A stretch of 64,000 nucleotides of DNA from Vicugna vicugna (Eukaryota): contig MU058009.1 in assembly GCA_013265495.1 (NCBI GenBank), positions 1,924,001-1,988,000 on the forward strand, written 5' to 3'. The position numbers and the translations under genes were made by a program. Below, in pieces: positions 52,522 to 64,000 of this stretch (its first letter is position 1; each line of letters opens with the position of its first letter). The notes beneath the pieces are model-generated. The model was not told where the DNA came from and searched no databases. It worked only from the letters and a program-made list of their open reading frames with translations.

Positions 52522-55500
52522 GAAGCAGACAAGTGCACATGACCTAGACCAGAGCAGGTGCAGGGCCTCCCGGACAACGGCACCTGGTAACACGGAGGCT
52601 GAAACGGCCTTCACGGCGGTGACGAGAAATAGAAACCACAGGCAGAGGCCAGGAAGTTCTGGGAACGGCAGCTGTGTGCCTGCGGAGATGCCTCTTGGCT
52701 GGAGGTTGCACCGCAAATGCTGTCCAGTATCAGGAGGGAAACGCCGAGTCAAGGGGCAAGAAACGGGCCCCCCGGTGGACACATCTGCCGAGTCAAGCCT
52801 GGATTACACTTTGAGGAAGGAGGACTGCACGCGTTTCTAATAAAAAGCAAAAATCTGCACATTATCCACAGAAAACCCGCCTTGGCCCAGAAGGACCAGT
52901 CTTTGCCTGTGCCAGGCTGGGGCCCAGCACGGGACACACACCCTGGGTGTCCGTATTGACCGTTAGGTACCAGCCATAACGGGTGTCATAAGGGGTGTCG
53001 GCTTCTTCATGGCCAATAAACACCCAGGAAGGAGTTTCAGAAACAGAAAGGCTGCAGATTTTTTTTCCTAAGGGACAATTTACTTTCACTCAGAAGCTGC
53101 CACTATTTCATTTTATTTTATAACCTCGAGTACCTTCGCGGAGGCAAAAATCCTAAATCACAGGGGAGGAATTTGTGAGAATTTGGGCATGTGAGTGTGT
53201 GCTCTGAGCATCATTCTTCTACCAAGTGGCAACAGTGTAAGTGGAGAATCTAGGGCTGTGGGTCATAGGAAAGTCGTAGGAAAGCACATGTGTTGAGGAT
53301 CCCTTTGTGTGCACACACTGCATGTCCCTGTCACCTTCCAAATCACCTGGTAAATAGCCGTGCTCACGGAGGGGACTGCAGTCCGCCCTGCGCGACCCGA
53401 GCCTTCGCAGCCGTGCCTGTGTTCTCTCTGAACCCGAGGAAGTGATCAGCCATGGTCATTCAGGAATTCACCCGCCATCTGTCCGCTCAGAGAGGAAGAG
53501 TCCAACTGCATCTGGTTCATGGAGACAGATGGGAAAGAGGGGAAGGGTGTTTGCTGAAGCCAGGTGCACCTGATGGATGGAAACGTGGCTGTTCAGCTGC
53601 CTGTGGCTCCCAGTCAGGAACGGCACTGACACAGCCCCCCCCCTTCAGGTTAAGCACCAGACTAGAATTCTGCCCAGCGGACACACCCCCACCTTTGGGG
53701 GTCCCTGTGGCCTTTTTGTATAGGAGAGAATCCCATGGGGGAGCTTTTCCTCTTCACATGTGTCCCAGGATTCCAGTGGGTCCACAACGGCAGGAGAACC
53801 TGGCCCCAGGTCCAGCAGCCATCCATCCTGACCACTCCCTCCTGGCTCGGGGGAGCTCTGCTAGGCATTCCAACATCTCACCAGTTAGAGGTAAAAACTA
53901 CACATCAGAAAACATGGCGCCAACTCTGCATGACGTCCAAGGGGTCTCTGACTTTTGCCCCAATTTCCCTACACATTCCTCAGTCAGCACTCAGCCAGCA
54001 CCTTCTCCGTGGATTCAGCAGCTATCAGATACCTGTCTGCCCACCAGAGAATTTGCCGTCCAGAGGAGGACAGCAGGGTGGGACCCGCTCTGAGAAGGTG
54101 CCGGGGGCTGGCACTGGGCACGGGAGGAGGGCTGGGCTGACCAGGCACAGTGGTCGGGCTGAGGGATGCTGGGCAGAGAGCAGCGTGCATGTGAAAGCCC
54201 TGTGGGGCAAGGTGCCGGGAGGAAAGGCCGGAGGCTGCAGCCCTGGGGGCAGGGGGCTGGAGGAGTTCAGACCTGCCTGCCTGGGAGATACTACTGCAAG
54301 TGTGGATTTCACTCCAAGAACAGGAGAGGCCAACGCAGAGGGTTTTATCAGAGGGGCGCCCAGCACCATCTCCTCTAGATGGTGTGGGCTAAGAGGCGTG
54401 GCCCTCCTTCCCCCAGGGTCACGGGTCATTGGCCAGGTTGGGCATTTTCTGAGCTGCTCAGTCTGGCTGTACTTGAACTTGGCCCTGAAGATCTGAAGCC
54501 ACAGATAATTCTAAATACTTCTTCATAAATATTAACAAGTTGTGAACTCAGGAGCCATTCTGAGCAAATTCACTCCAGGCACAACTGCCCAGCCCTCCGC
54601 GTCCGACACTGACGAGACTGTGAGAGGACCACTGTATGTGGCACAAGCCACACCCCGGGCCCACCTGCTGCATCTCCCACCTGCATCTGGGCTGCAGACA
54701 AGCCATCAACCAGGGCTGTCAGGCTGCGCTCCGGACACTCAGGACTGTGGGGGAAGCCTTCCTCCTGCACAGCCCTGACCGTGACAGCTCATGCCCCTTC
54801 GTCCCAAATAGGCTCCTTTCACTGCAGCACCTTCAGGCAGCATCTGAAAGAGAAAGCCAGTCTCTCTTCAAAGCCTTTAGAGTTTCCCCTTTAAAGAGGG
54901 AAACTTCATTCTGCAAAGCGTGGCTCGTGTGTCTGACATGCGTATAACACCTCGAAAACTGGCACTGCTCTGCGTGACCCCCAGAGAAACCCAGCTCTCA
55001 CTCTGCTCCTGGCCCTCCCCCTGCAGAATCTCCTGTCCCAGTTTCAATCCCGAGTTCCCAAGGCGCCTGCGCTCACTGCCCGCTGCGTTACACCTCCTTG
55101 CGCCCTAGGTTTTTTCTCTAAAGGCTCCTCCAAGGATGTTAGCCCCCAAGTTAAACTCACTATTCTGTCCTCCTCTGCATATGACAATAAGGTTGTATTT
55201 AAAGCAACAACAGAGCAAAACCCTTTTCACGATGGAAGGGCTCCGGGGACGGTTCTTTACAAGGGGAAAAGGATGTCCCCAGAAGCCTGTTCAGGCATCC
55301 ATTTAGGTCACTTGTCATCATTTACTTACTTCCTCAGCAAACACTGGTGAGCATCTTCTCTGTTCTGAGCATCCTGCCAGGAGCTGGGGAAACAGGATCG
55401 AGTGAGACATGGTTCCTGCCCTCTGGGAGTCCACGGCCGAGCTGGGTGGAGGGTGCTCCGATTCATCTCACTGGCCAATCATCTTACTCTGTTTTAAAGA

Positions 55501-58500
55501 CATAGAAAGGCCCATGTTGTCGGTTACTAGAGGAAAGAATGAGCTGAAACACACGGACACATTCATGAACAGTTATTGAAAGAAGACCCCCAAAGGCAGG
55601 TGTTGTCTGTGAAATCAGTATTCACAGCAGTATTAATGATTTAGCACATGTAAAATGTTCTGTTAAAAGGCATTCCAGGCAAAACCTTCATACCCTCCAC
55701 ACCTGCCACTTTCAGAGCATGTTCATTGGCTTCAGTTTACCCTCGTAGAACTGGTCGACCAGTTCTATCAGCCACTTACCATCTGTGATTTGCACAGTTC
55801 ACAGGAGGCAGAGAACAAGTCTGAGTGTTGGGGTGTTTACTGGGCTCCTCCTCGCCTTACCACAGGCATGCACTGGCTCCACGCATCACTTTTTCTTATG
55901 TTACAATTGTAAACACCATTTCCCCAGAATGTTTTGTCATGCTCCAAGTAAAAAAAAAAATTCTAAAAAAAAGGAATCACAGCCTTTCCTCTACAGACCT
56001 AGAAAAACTCAGGCCATCCTGCCCCCCGCCCCCACCCCGTACTGTAGCCCTCTCTGTTCATATCACTGGAGACGGCCCGAGGGAGGCAGCATTTCCCAAC
56101 TGGAAATTCCAGAGCCACTGAGGGACTTTGTGCAGAAACTTGCAGTCCGGCCTCTCACTCACGCCCGGTCACTGAGCAGATCTGCCCAGAGCGCCCGTGC
56201 CGGGGAGGGCGAGGACACCACAGACCTGGCTCAGCACTCAGGCCTGGGGTTTCCACAGTGGGCAGAAGAGACACCATTCTTGCCTTCCAGGAGCGTGCAG
56301 TCCAGTGGGACGCAGGCATTCATCAAGTAATCCCCACGCAGGGCAGACTTACACTCTTGGCCAGCCCTGTGACATGGCGCAATGCAAGCCCACAAAGCAC
56401 GTCACAGGGGATCTCAGCTGGCCTGGAGAAGTGGCGTTCGAGCTGAGCGCTGAAGCCTGAGAAGGGCTTAGCCAGGAAGAGTCGGGGTGAAGGAAAGCCC
56501 TCCGGGAGCAGGTGTTGCTTTGGGAAGACCCAGACTGGGTGAGGGGGGAACGATGCTCTGGGATCTAAAAGGAAGGTGGGGTCGGGGGAGGCAGGAGGGC
56601 AGGTGCTGGGAGTCGGGGCTGGAGGACCACGGGGCCTGGGCAGCACAGGGCTACCATGCTGGTACAGATTTCGATTATCTTAAGAGCAATATTTCAACAC
56701 CAAAATATTATCATTTTTTAGAATAATTAATCTTGGGAAGAGTGGAGAATGGCAAGAGGATTGTTAGGTGGCCGGTTGGGTGAGAAAGGATGGCAAGCTG
56801 GGCTAAGAGGGCAGCGGGGGAGCTGAAGATGCAAGCGCTCCGTGGGAGGTAACTTCAGAGAACCTCCCAGAGACAGGCACAAATACGGCTTCTAGGACCC
56901 CTGGGATTCCGAGGAGATGCTGAGCGAGGAACCCACAGAAGAGCCATGAGGGAGGAACACAGCAGGACCACACATTCTTCCAGCCTAAGCAGAGCACGCC
57001 CTTCAAAGTCCCCGACGCAGAGACCCGCCTGCTCCCACGTGCACCAGCTCCCGGAGGGCAAACAAGAGAGGCCACCTCTGAACAAGAGGATCCCTGGGCT
57101 CCTGCCCGACGCCTTCTTCTCTTCCCTCGGAATCTGGCTTATTTTCTTTCCCTCTTGCATGCCGCATGATCTAGATTGCTCTGAAATTCTCTCCTAATGA
57201 GTTCTTTTTCGCATTGCAGCTTGGCAATTTCTTTAGCTTTCCACTGCCCATTTTCATTTCTGAAGCATTCCCTTAAACTCAATGTCACCTCGTTGGTTTC
57301 CATTGTGATGTCTGGCATGTAGCTAGCGGAAAAGACTGAATTTCCATATTCTCCTTACAGAGTTGCGTTTTCAGAGCAGCTGGAGAAGAGACTGCGGAAT
57401 CCTGTGAAATAGCTGGTGGGCAGAAAGGCGGACTGAACGGAACAGTGGGCTTCTTTTGCCGTGTGACACCGCAGGGAGGAAAGGGTAGGAAATTAACCAG
57501 AGGCACAGAACCTTATTAATAGATAATATAAAATTCGATGCCTACATCACCGCCCCTCACTCTACCCCGTCTCCCTTACTTTCTGTTCACTCTGCCTAGA
57601 ACAGCCTGTTCTGGAAGGTAATTCAGAAGCAGCCTCGGCTGCAGTTCAATGAACTGATCCCAATAGTTCCTTTGTTCATTTCGTTCACTTGAAGATGGTC
57701 TTCGTGTGTCATGAGTCAGAGCCCTTCCTTTCCAGGGTGACCGTCCATCAGGACACGTCCATTCCCAGGACAGCTGTGCTTCCATTTCTGTGGCAAAATC
57801 CTTCAGCCAAGGTTTAAAAAAAGCCCAGAGATGGTGACTTTTTCACTCCCCCATTTACAACACAGATACCCAAGACACACACCCCTCCAGGATCCATGGC
57901 CGCCATTAATTCATCATTCTTCAGCTCACTTTCTCCTTACTGACCTTTGAGTTGATTATAATAACCACTGCCTTGCTAGTTTCCATGAGAGTTACAGACA
58001 GAAAACCACGTGCGAACAGTAACGTCCTCTGGGCGCGTTAGCATCCCACCATGAGCTTCCAGCGCCACAGCCGAGGGGCGGGAAGCGCCTTGGTCTGAAC
58101 TTGGAGTGTGCACACCATCTTGGGAAGAGGAAAGCTTTTCCAGTCACACAGGCCCAGATGGAACCTCCGCATCTCTTTCCCTGCCGGAGCACAGTGGTAG
58201 CTGTCTGGGAATTATCTGAGACTTCACGGGCAGGGCCCCATTCCAAGTGGCATCTCTGTAAAGACCAGCTCCTCTCCCTTTAGACTGCAGGCCACGTGCA
58301 GAGAAAGGAACCTTCTTCTCCACGCTCCCCTGCCCTCAGGCTCACCCCTCCTCCAGCCAGCCATGAAGGGAGGCGTCCTCACCTGCCCCGCCTTTCCCTC
58401 TGTCCCTCCTGTCCCCTCTCCCTTCACTTCCCCATGCCAGTATTTGCCGCCCAATTACTGGCCTTACAAGGACCTCCTGGGCTGAGCTGTCTTCCCTGCC

Positions 58501-59000
58501 CCCCAACAGCCTTGTTACCCCAGCAGGACCACCTCCCGCTCTGCAACCCGACCTCAGCCTCCCCCTCCCCCCCAGACTCCCTGACCCTACCCTGATGCAC
58601 ACATGGCCCCTCTTGGCTGACACGGGTCAGCTCCTGTTCCCCAGGGTGACAGGTCAGAGGGACGGCTCAGCCTCCATAGGTCAGAGTCATTGAGAGGCCA
58701 GCTGTGCTCAGAGCCCCACCAGGACCCTCTAACCTTTTGCTCACTCAGCTGCCACCATCTGTTGACCTTGGAGGGGAGGCGACCCCCACCCACCACTCAG
58801 ACAGGGCAGCCGGCGGGCACCTGCACAGGGCGCGGCCCTGGGGGCACAGTGCTGCCTCTGGGGTGACAGTGACGTGGAGATGGTACCTGGCTGCAGCAGC
58901 GCTGGGGACGATGGAGCGGGGGCAGGAGCAGGTGTGGGGAAGTGGGTGAGGAAGAGACTGACACGTCCAGGGAGGGGACGCTGGCAGCTGGGGAGAAGTA

Positions 59001-60386
59001 GGTGTTAGGTTCTCCAGAGACACAGACCCACAGGAGACATGTATATAATATATAATACATTGTAAATATATCAATAGAACGCGTCTGTGTGTGTCATGTG
59101 CATGGATTTGGGGGCAGGGCAGGAAGAGAATCAGTACTGTCTCACGAGGCAACTCCCTCAGGGAGGTCATCACAGTGTCTTCAGGCAACGCAGGATTAAC
59201 CTCCTCGGATGGGAGCAGAAAGGACGATACCCCTGCGAGTGGGGAGTCCTCCTCCGCTGGTCAAGAGGACTCATCAGAATTCAGGGGCTTAACGTCCCCA
59301 GGTTCATTGTGATCTTTCCCCGTCCCCATTTCAACCCAGGATCCCATCCATCCCCAGCCAATGCCCTTGCTTTGTCAGTAGACACCCTAGAAGGCTGGGA
59401 GTTCAGCTCGCCTGGTAAGGCAGCCACGTGCATGGTAAGTCAAGTAGCATCACCTTGCGCCGTGAGTCAGCCGCCTGAGCTCTGCATCTGACTTTCCATC
59501 GCTGTCTCAGCCCTGCAGCTGCAGGGGACAAGGGTCTCATCAGGGCACACACAGACGCCAGGTCACTCATGTGGCACCGAAGCTGGGAATTCAAATCCCG
59601 GAGCTGAGCCTTTCCTATTGCCGCTTTGTCCAGAGACATTAGGAGCAGCCAGCTAAAGTCGTTATGTCCATTCATTTCCAAAAGGGTTCAAAAGTGTCAT
59701 ATACACAGCATCTTGCTTCTTGTAAGTGGTCGACTAGGAGCATCCAATGCGGGTGTTTTGCAGATCTTGATAAACAGTTCATGTCCTGGACTATGACGAC
59801 GGGAAATAGAGTCATTAGCATCTTTAAATCCCATCAACTTAGAGAGCCAATTCCAGAAACCCGACAAATTCACAAAACTCATCCTTCAAATTCTGTCCCT
59901 TTACAACCAGAGTTGGTACCAAAATCTGATTTAGTCGGGGTTCTCTGGAGAAACAGAACAAGGAGGAGACAAGGTCTGTCTGTCCGTGTGTCTGTCTGTC
60001 TGTATTTGTTATGAGGAATTGGCTCCTGTGGTTCTGGAAGCTGAGACGTCCCGTGATCTACCATCTGCCGGGGGTATAATTCAGTCTGAGCCCAACGTTT
60101 GGGAAACCGGAAGAACCAAAAGCATAAACCCTGGTCCCAGAGCGGGAGCAGCTGATGGGAGATGTCCCAGCCCAGCAGTGGGCAGGAAAAAGGGGGTAAC
60201 TTCTTCCTACCTCTGCCTTTTGCTCTATTTGGGCCCTCGATGGACAGGAGGAGGCCCGCTCCCCCTGGGGAGGACCGTCTACTTTATTGAGTCCAATGAT
60301 TCAAATGCTAATTTCACACCCAGACACCATGTTTAATCTGCGCGTTCTGTAGCCAGTCAAGAGGACACACAAAATTAACCCTCACG
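59001..60386 (-). mobile_element. Internally deleted ERV-L provirus: MLT2 5' LTR (~59927-60386), decayed gag, and an LTR 3'-end fragment (~59001-59095)
   Basis: An MLT2 LTR is followed on the minus strand by GATTTTGGTACC (start of the internal region). Translations WLLLMSLDK...LRDLNSQL and ELNSQPSRVSTDKARALAGDGWDP resemble ERV-L Gag. Confidence 0.85.
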
Positions 60387-61472
60387 ATATAAAAAGAAGT
60401 GGACAGCCTCGGTGGTATTTAAGAGTTACAGTTGGCAGGACCTCATCGTGAGGCAGGAGAGAAGCTGGGGGGTAGATGAGAGATGTGCAGCACGACCGCC
60501 CCCCCCACTTGGGGCTTAAGCCCCTGGATGAATGGGGTAACGTTCACTGAGACAGAAAACAGTGGCGAATGACCAGGCTTTGGAAAAAAGTCAGTCTCAC
60601 GTTTTACGTGTCGGTTATGAAGTTCCTGTGATACATCCGAGTGAAAATGCTGAGATGGGAAAAAGCCTGAACAGAACAGTCAGCAAGATGGGAGACACAC
60701 CAGCAGAAGCTGCCCGGGCTCATTAAGGACAAAGGAAAGAGCACTTCAAGGAGCAGAGGGTGGTGACGGTGTGCCCGCTAAGAGGTAGTGTGATGAGGGC
60801 TGAAAAGGTCCTGAGCGAGACCTGTTTCAGGGCTGCGGGCACCGGGGCCACCTAGAGGGGCCGAAGGGTGTGTGAGGTGAGAAAATGAGGTGTAAGACAT
60901 GCCTCCTGGAAGCCTGGCTCTGAGGCCGAGGAGAGGACTAAGGCAGTGGGGGTGTCTGGAGAGAAATGGGGTGGAGGAAGGTGGTGTCAGAGTTCTGACT
61001 GTCTGCTGCTGTTTAAAGATGCTGCAGACTCCGCATGTTTAAACACTGCTGGGAAACGTCAGGAGGAGAGAGGAGGAGGCCACACCATCATCGACAGGTG
61101 ATCCCTGAGACAACGCGGCACCCAGGTGACGCCACAGTGGAGAACCCCTCTCCAAGGAATGTCTTACTCTTCCCCGGCTTTCCCCATCGCCTCCTCCTCC
61201 CTTCTCTTCGCCCCTCGAAAATCCTGTTGATCCTTTGTTGCCCAGATGAAGCCAAACCCCTTTTTCTTCTTGCCCCACTTGGCCCTGGTGCTCCTCACCC
61301 CACTGAATGCCTGGAGGCATTCACCACTCACACAGAATGATGACCCATGTCCCCTAGATGTGCTGAGTGTCTACCAGCTGGCCCGTCTGTCGGGGCAACA
61401 TTTCCTTTCTTTAATTGTGACTCCCTCAACACCAGCCTCTGGACTGACATGCAAGATGAAGGGGCTTTTACT

Positions 61473-62038
61473 CTGTTTCTGTTTTGTAGATGATTTCATT
61501 TGTGTCTTTTCTTTTTTTTTTTTTTAGATTCCTCATATGAGTGATGTCATACGGCATTTTCCTTAAGTTCATTTGTGTCATTATTTTAAGATTCCACGTA
61601 GAAGTGACATCATATGATATCTGTCTTTCTCTGACTTACTTCACTTAGTATGACAATCTCTAGGTCCATCCATGTTGCTGCAAATAGCATTATTTTATTC
61701 TTTGTTATGGCTGAGTAGTATTCCATTGTATAAATATACCACAACTTCTTTATCCAGTCATCATAGTAAACAATCTTATGGTTACCAGGGGAAAGAGGGT
61801 AGGAAGGGATAAATTTGGGAGTCTGAGACTTGCAAATGTTAACCACTTTATATAAAAATAGATTGAATAAAACAAATTTCTTCTGTATAGCACAGGGAAC
61901 TATATTCAAGTTCTTGTAATAACCTTTAATGAAAAGAATATGAAAACGAATGTATGTATGTATGCATATGACTGGGACATTGTGCTGTGCACCAGAAATT
62001 GACCCATTATAACTGACTGTACCTCAATTTTAAAAAAA
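61473..62038. mobile_element. 5'-inverted (twin-primed) L1 insertion with 20-bp TSD
   Basis: 61473-61761 is antisense L1 (ORF2 C-terminus WIKKLWYIYTMEYYSAI and the 3' UTR start). 61762-62038 is sense 3' UTR plus A tail. Flanked by AAGATGAAGGGGCTTTTACT (61453-61472) and AAGATAAAGGGGCTTTTACT (62037-62056). Confidence 0.92.
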
Positions 62039-63019
62039 GATAAAGGGGCTTTTACTGCAGAAAGGAAGCCACACAGGAGTCAGGGGAAGGGGAAGGACCT
62101 CGGGGCTCCCAGCTGCAATCAGGACTCCAGCTCTTGAGGGACTGCGCAGAGACAGACAGATGTCCTGCCAACAAGGTCCACATTTCTCAGGAGGATGGTC
62201 GGGCTGAGCTACTGGCAATCAAGAAGAGTCACAAAACAAGAGTGCGGGATGGGGAGCCTCGGAGGGCCTGGGGTGTTGACAGCATCCCGGGTTCCTGTGT
62301 CTGTCGTCCCCTCATCATCCAACGTGTCAAACTAAGATAGGAGCTAATCTCAGAAGCCATTAGAAGGTGCTAAGAATTGATGAGGTGAGGATGCCGCGGA
62401 GAGGGCACATCTGCCCCGCACAGGCATTAGTCAGTCGCTCAGTGGAAATGGCAGGGACGCAGACTGGCAGGGCGGTGGGGGAGCAGCTGACTTGGCCCAG
62501 GCAGCACAGGGCCTCCTGGGCGTCCGTGCCCAGGCAACGTCCCCGCAGGCGTCTGTCACCTTCCGACGACTTGTTTATCACGTCTGTCTTCAGAATTCTA
62601 GGCAGGGCAGGGTTAGGATACTGAGTGGATAAAGAAGGTCGATGTATGTAACGTGCCTAGAACGGCGCCTGAAAGCTAGTAAGCAGGCGTGTTCACTGTG
62701 TTGCTGGCAGAGCAGCAGTAATAACTCTCGTCATCCTGGACGAGCAAGAGGGAAGGCCGAGAAACCTGGGTTCGAATGGTGCATCTTCTGGTTTCCCAGA
62801 GTTATCTACCAATAAGTCATTTAGCCTCTGATTGTTCTCTTCATTACAAAGTGAAGTTACTCCTGCCTCTCACGCAGGCCTGCCGTCGGGGGAGCAGAAG
62901 ACACAGCTGCAAAGCCCAGCTGAGCCCACCAGGACCTCGCCCGGGGTGGCGTCTCCCCAGGCACAGAGGGGCTTTCACAGATGCAGCTCTTCGCTCCCGG
63001 AGTCCGCCCGCTGAGTCAC

Positions 63020-63388
63020 TGCAGAGGAGAATTTGTGTGTCAGCTTCGTTGGGCCAAGGTGCCCAGATCCTGGGTCAGACATCACTCTGGAGGGTGTTTC
63101 GGATTCGATTAACTTTTAAATCGATGGACTTTGAGTAAAGCAGATTGCGCTTTATAATGTGGGTGGGCCTCTCCCGAGTAGAACAGAAGACTGGCCTCTC
63201 TCGGAGCAGGAAGGAGCTCGCAGCTGACGGCCTGCAGGCTTGACAGCTCCTTCCCCGGACTCCAGGCTGCTAACCTACCCTGCAGGTTTGGGACTTGCCA
63301 GCCACAAAACCCACGAGCCAATTCCTTAAAACAAACCTAAGGACACATCCTGTTGGTTCTGTTTGTCTGGAGAACTCTGACTAATACA
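63020..63388 (+). mobile_element. ERV-L solo LTR (MLT2C/D-like)
   Basis: TG...CA termini, 'ggactttgagtaaagcagattg' and 'gttggttctgtttgtctggagaactctgactaataca'; flanks GTCAC / GACAC (4 of 5 TSD match). Confidence 0.88.
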
Positions 63389-63839
63389 GACACAAAACTC
63401 TCTCTGTGGTCAGAACGACACAGATTGAGGCACCCACCTCCCCAGCGCTGAAGAACCAGCTAGAATGTCTGTCCCGAGGGCTACGGAGAAGGACCGCACG
63501 TCCCGTGTCAGCGCTGTTTGTCTGCCTGGCTGGGCTGAGCGCTCACTGACGATCTCAGCGGCCAACCTGTCATTATCGGGACGCCGGGAAGGGAGGGCCC
63601 GAGAGATGGGCAGGGGGGAGAGAACCTCGTCTCTGCAACAAGCACGTGCATCCTCATTCCTGACCTGACACTGGGCTAGAGACAGGCTAGCAACAACAAC
63701 AAGATAATGTGTTTTATTATACAATCCACGGTTAGGCACACCGTATGCTACGTTCCCAGAAGACAGAAGGAAAATCTTCAGATTTCAGAGATGTCAAAAT
63801 GGGGGGAAAAATGTATCTCAGAATGAATAAAACAGGATG

Positions 63840-63990
63840 ATGATGGTAAGAAGATGTCTAGGACTTGCTTGCTATGCGCAGGTACCGTCCTGAGCACTCC
63901 ACATGTGTTAATTCATTTAAGACAGCAAACCTATGAGATGGAACCTATTATCGTCCCACTTTATGGATGAGGACACTGAGACTCAGACAG
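63840..63990 (-). mobile_element. MIR SINE
   Basis: 'cctattatcgtccccactttatggatgaggacactgagactcaga', the antisense MIR core. Confidence 0.8.
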
Positions 63991-64000
63991 ACGAGGCGCC

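Noticed and set aside
49588..54496. ORFs of 213-253 aa (49588-50340, 53452-54093, 53735-54496)
   Set aside because: Low-complexity GC-driven composition, no family motifs and no coherent exon structure.
52600..64000. TP53AIP1 ortholog expected downstream by human synteny
   Set aside because: No minus-strand ORF matches the protein as I recall it. A short resemblance near 63605-63630 is on the wrong strand. TBLASTN would decide.

Overview
Mammalian genomic DNA, GC-rich, with two short N gaps. A tRNA-derived SINE and the young L1 3' ends point to a camelid. The only protein-coding gene I can support is KCNJ5 (Kir3.4/GIRK4) on the + strand. Its non-coding exon 1 lies in a CpG island (~31177-31542), and its coding exons at 44040-44976 and 47955-48277 join to 1260 nt (419 aa). 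A likely long 3' UTR runs to an AATAAA at 51375. On the - strand, a TATA-driven first exon (~12302-12416) and a well-formed internal exon (1269-1392) fit the untranslated 5' exons of the syntenic neighbour KCNJ1 (ROMK); this is inference, and its coding exon is not in the window. The rest is intron or intergenic DNA with L1, L2, MIR, MaLR/ERV-L LTRs and microsatellites. Apart from a few L1 and ERV remnants, the other ORFs in the track look like chance ORFs. I found no convincing new biological system. The best leads are a twin-primed L1 insertion with a 20-bp TSD and an internal duplication, a decayed ERV-L gag (Fv1-family) provirus, two uORFs in the KCNJ5 leader, and candidate CTCF, ERR and GATA elements. 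Repeat family names and human comparisons come from memory, not from a search.
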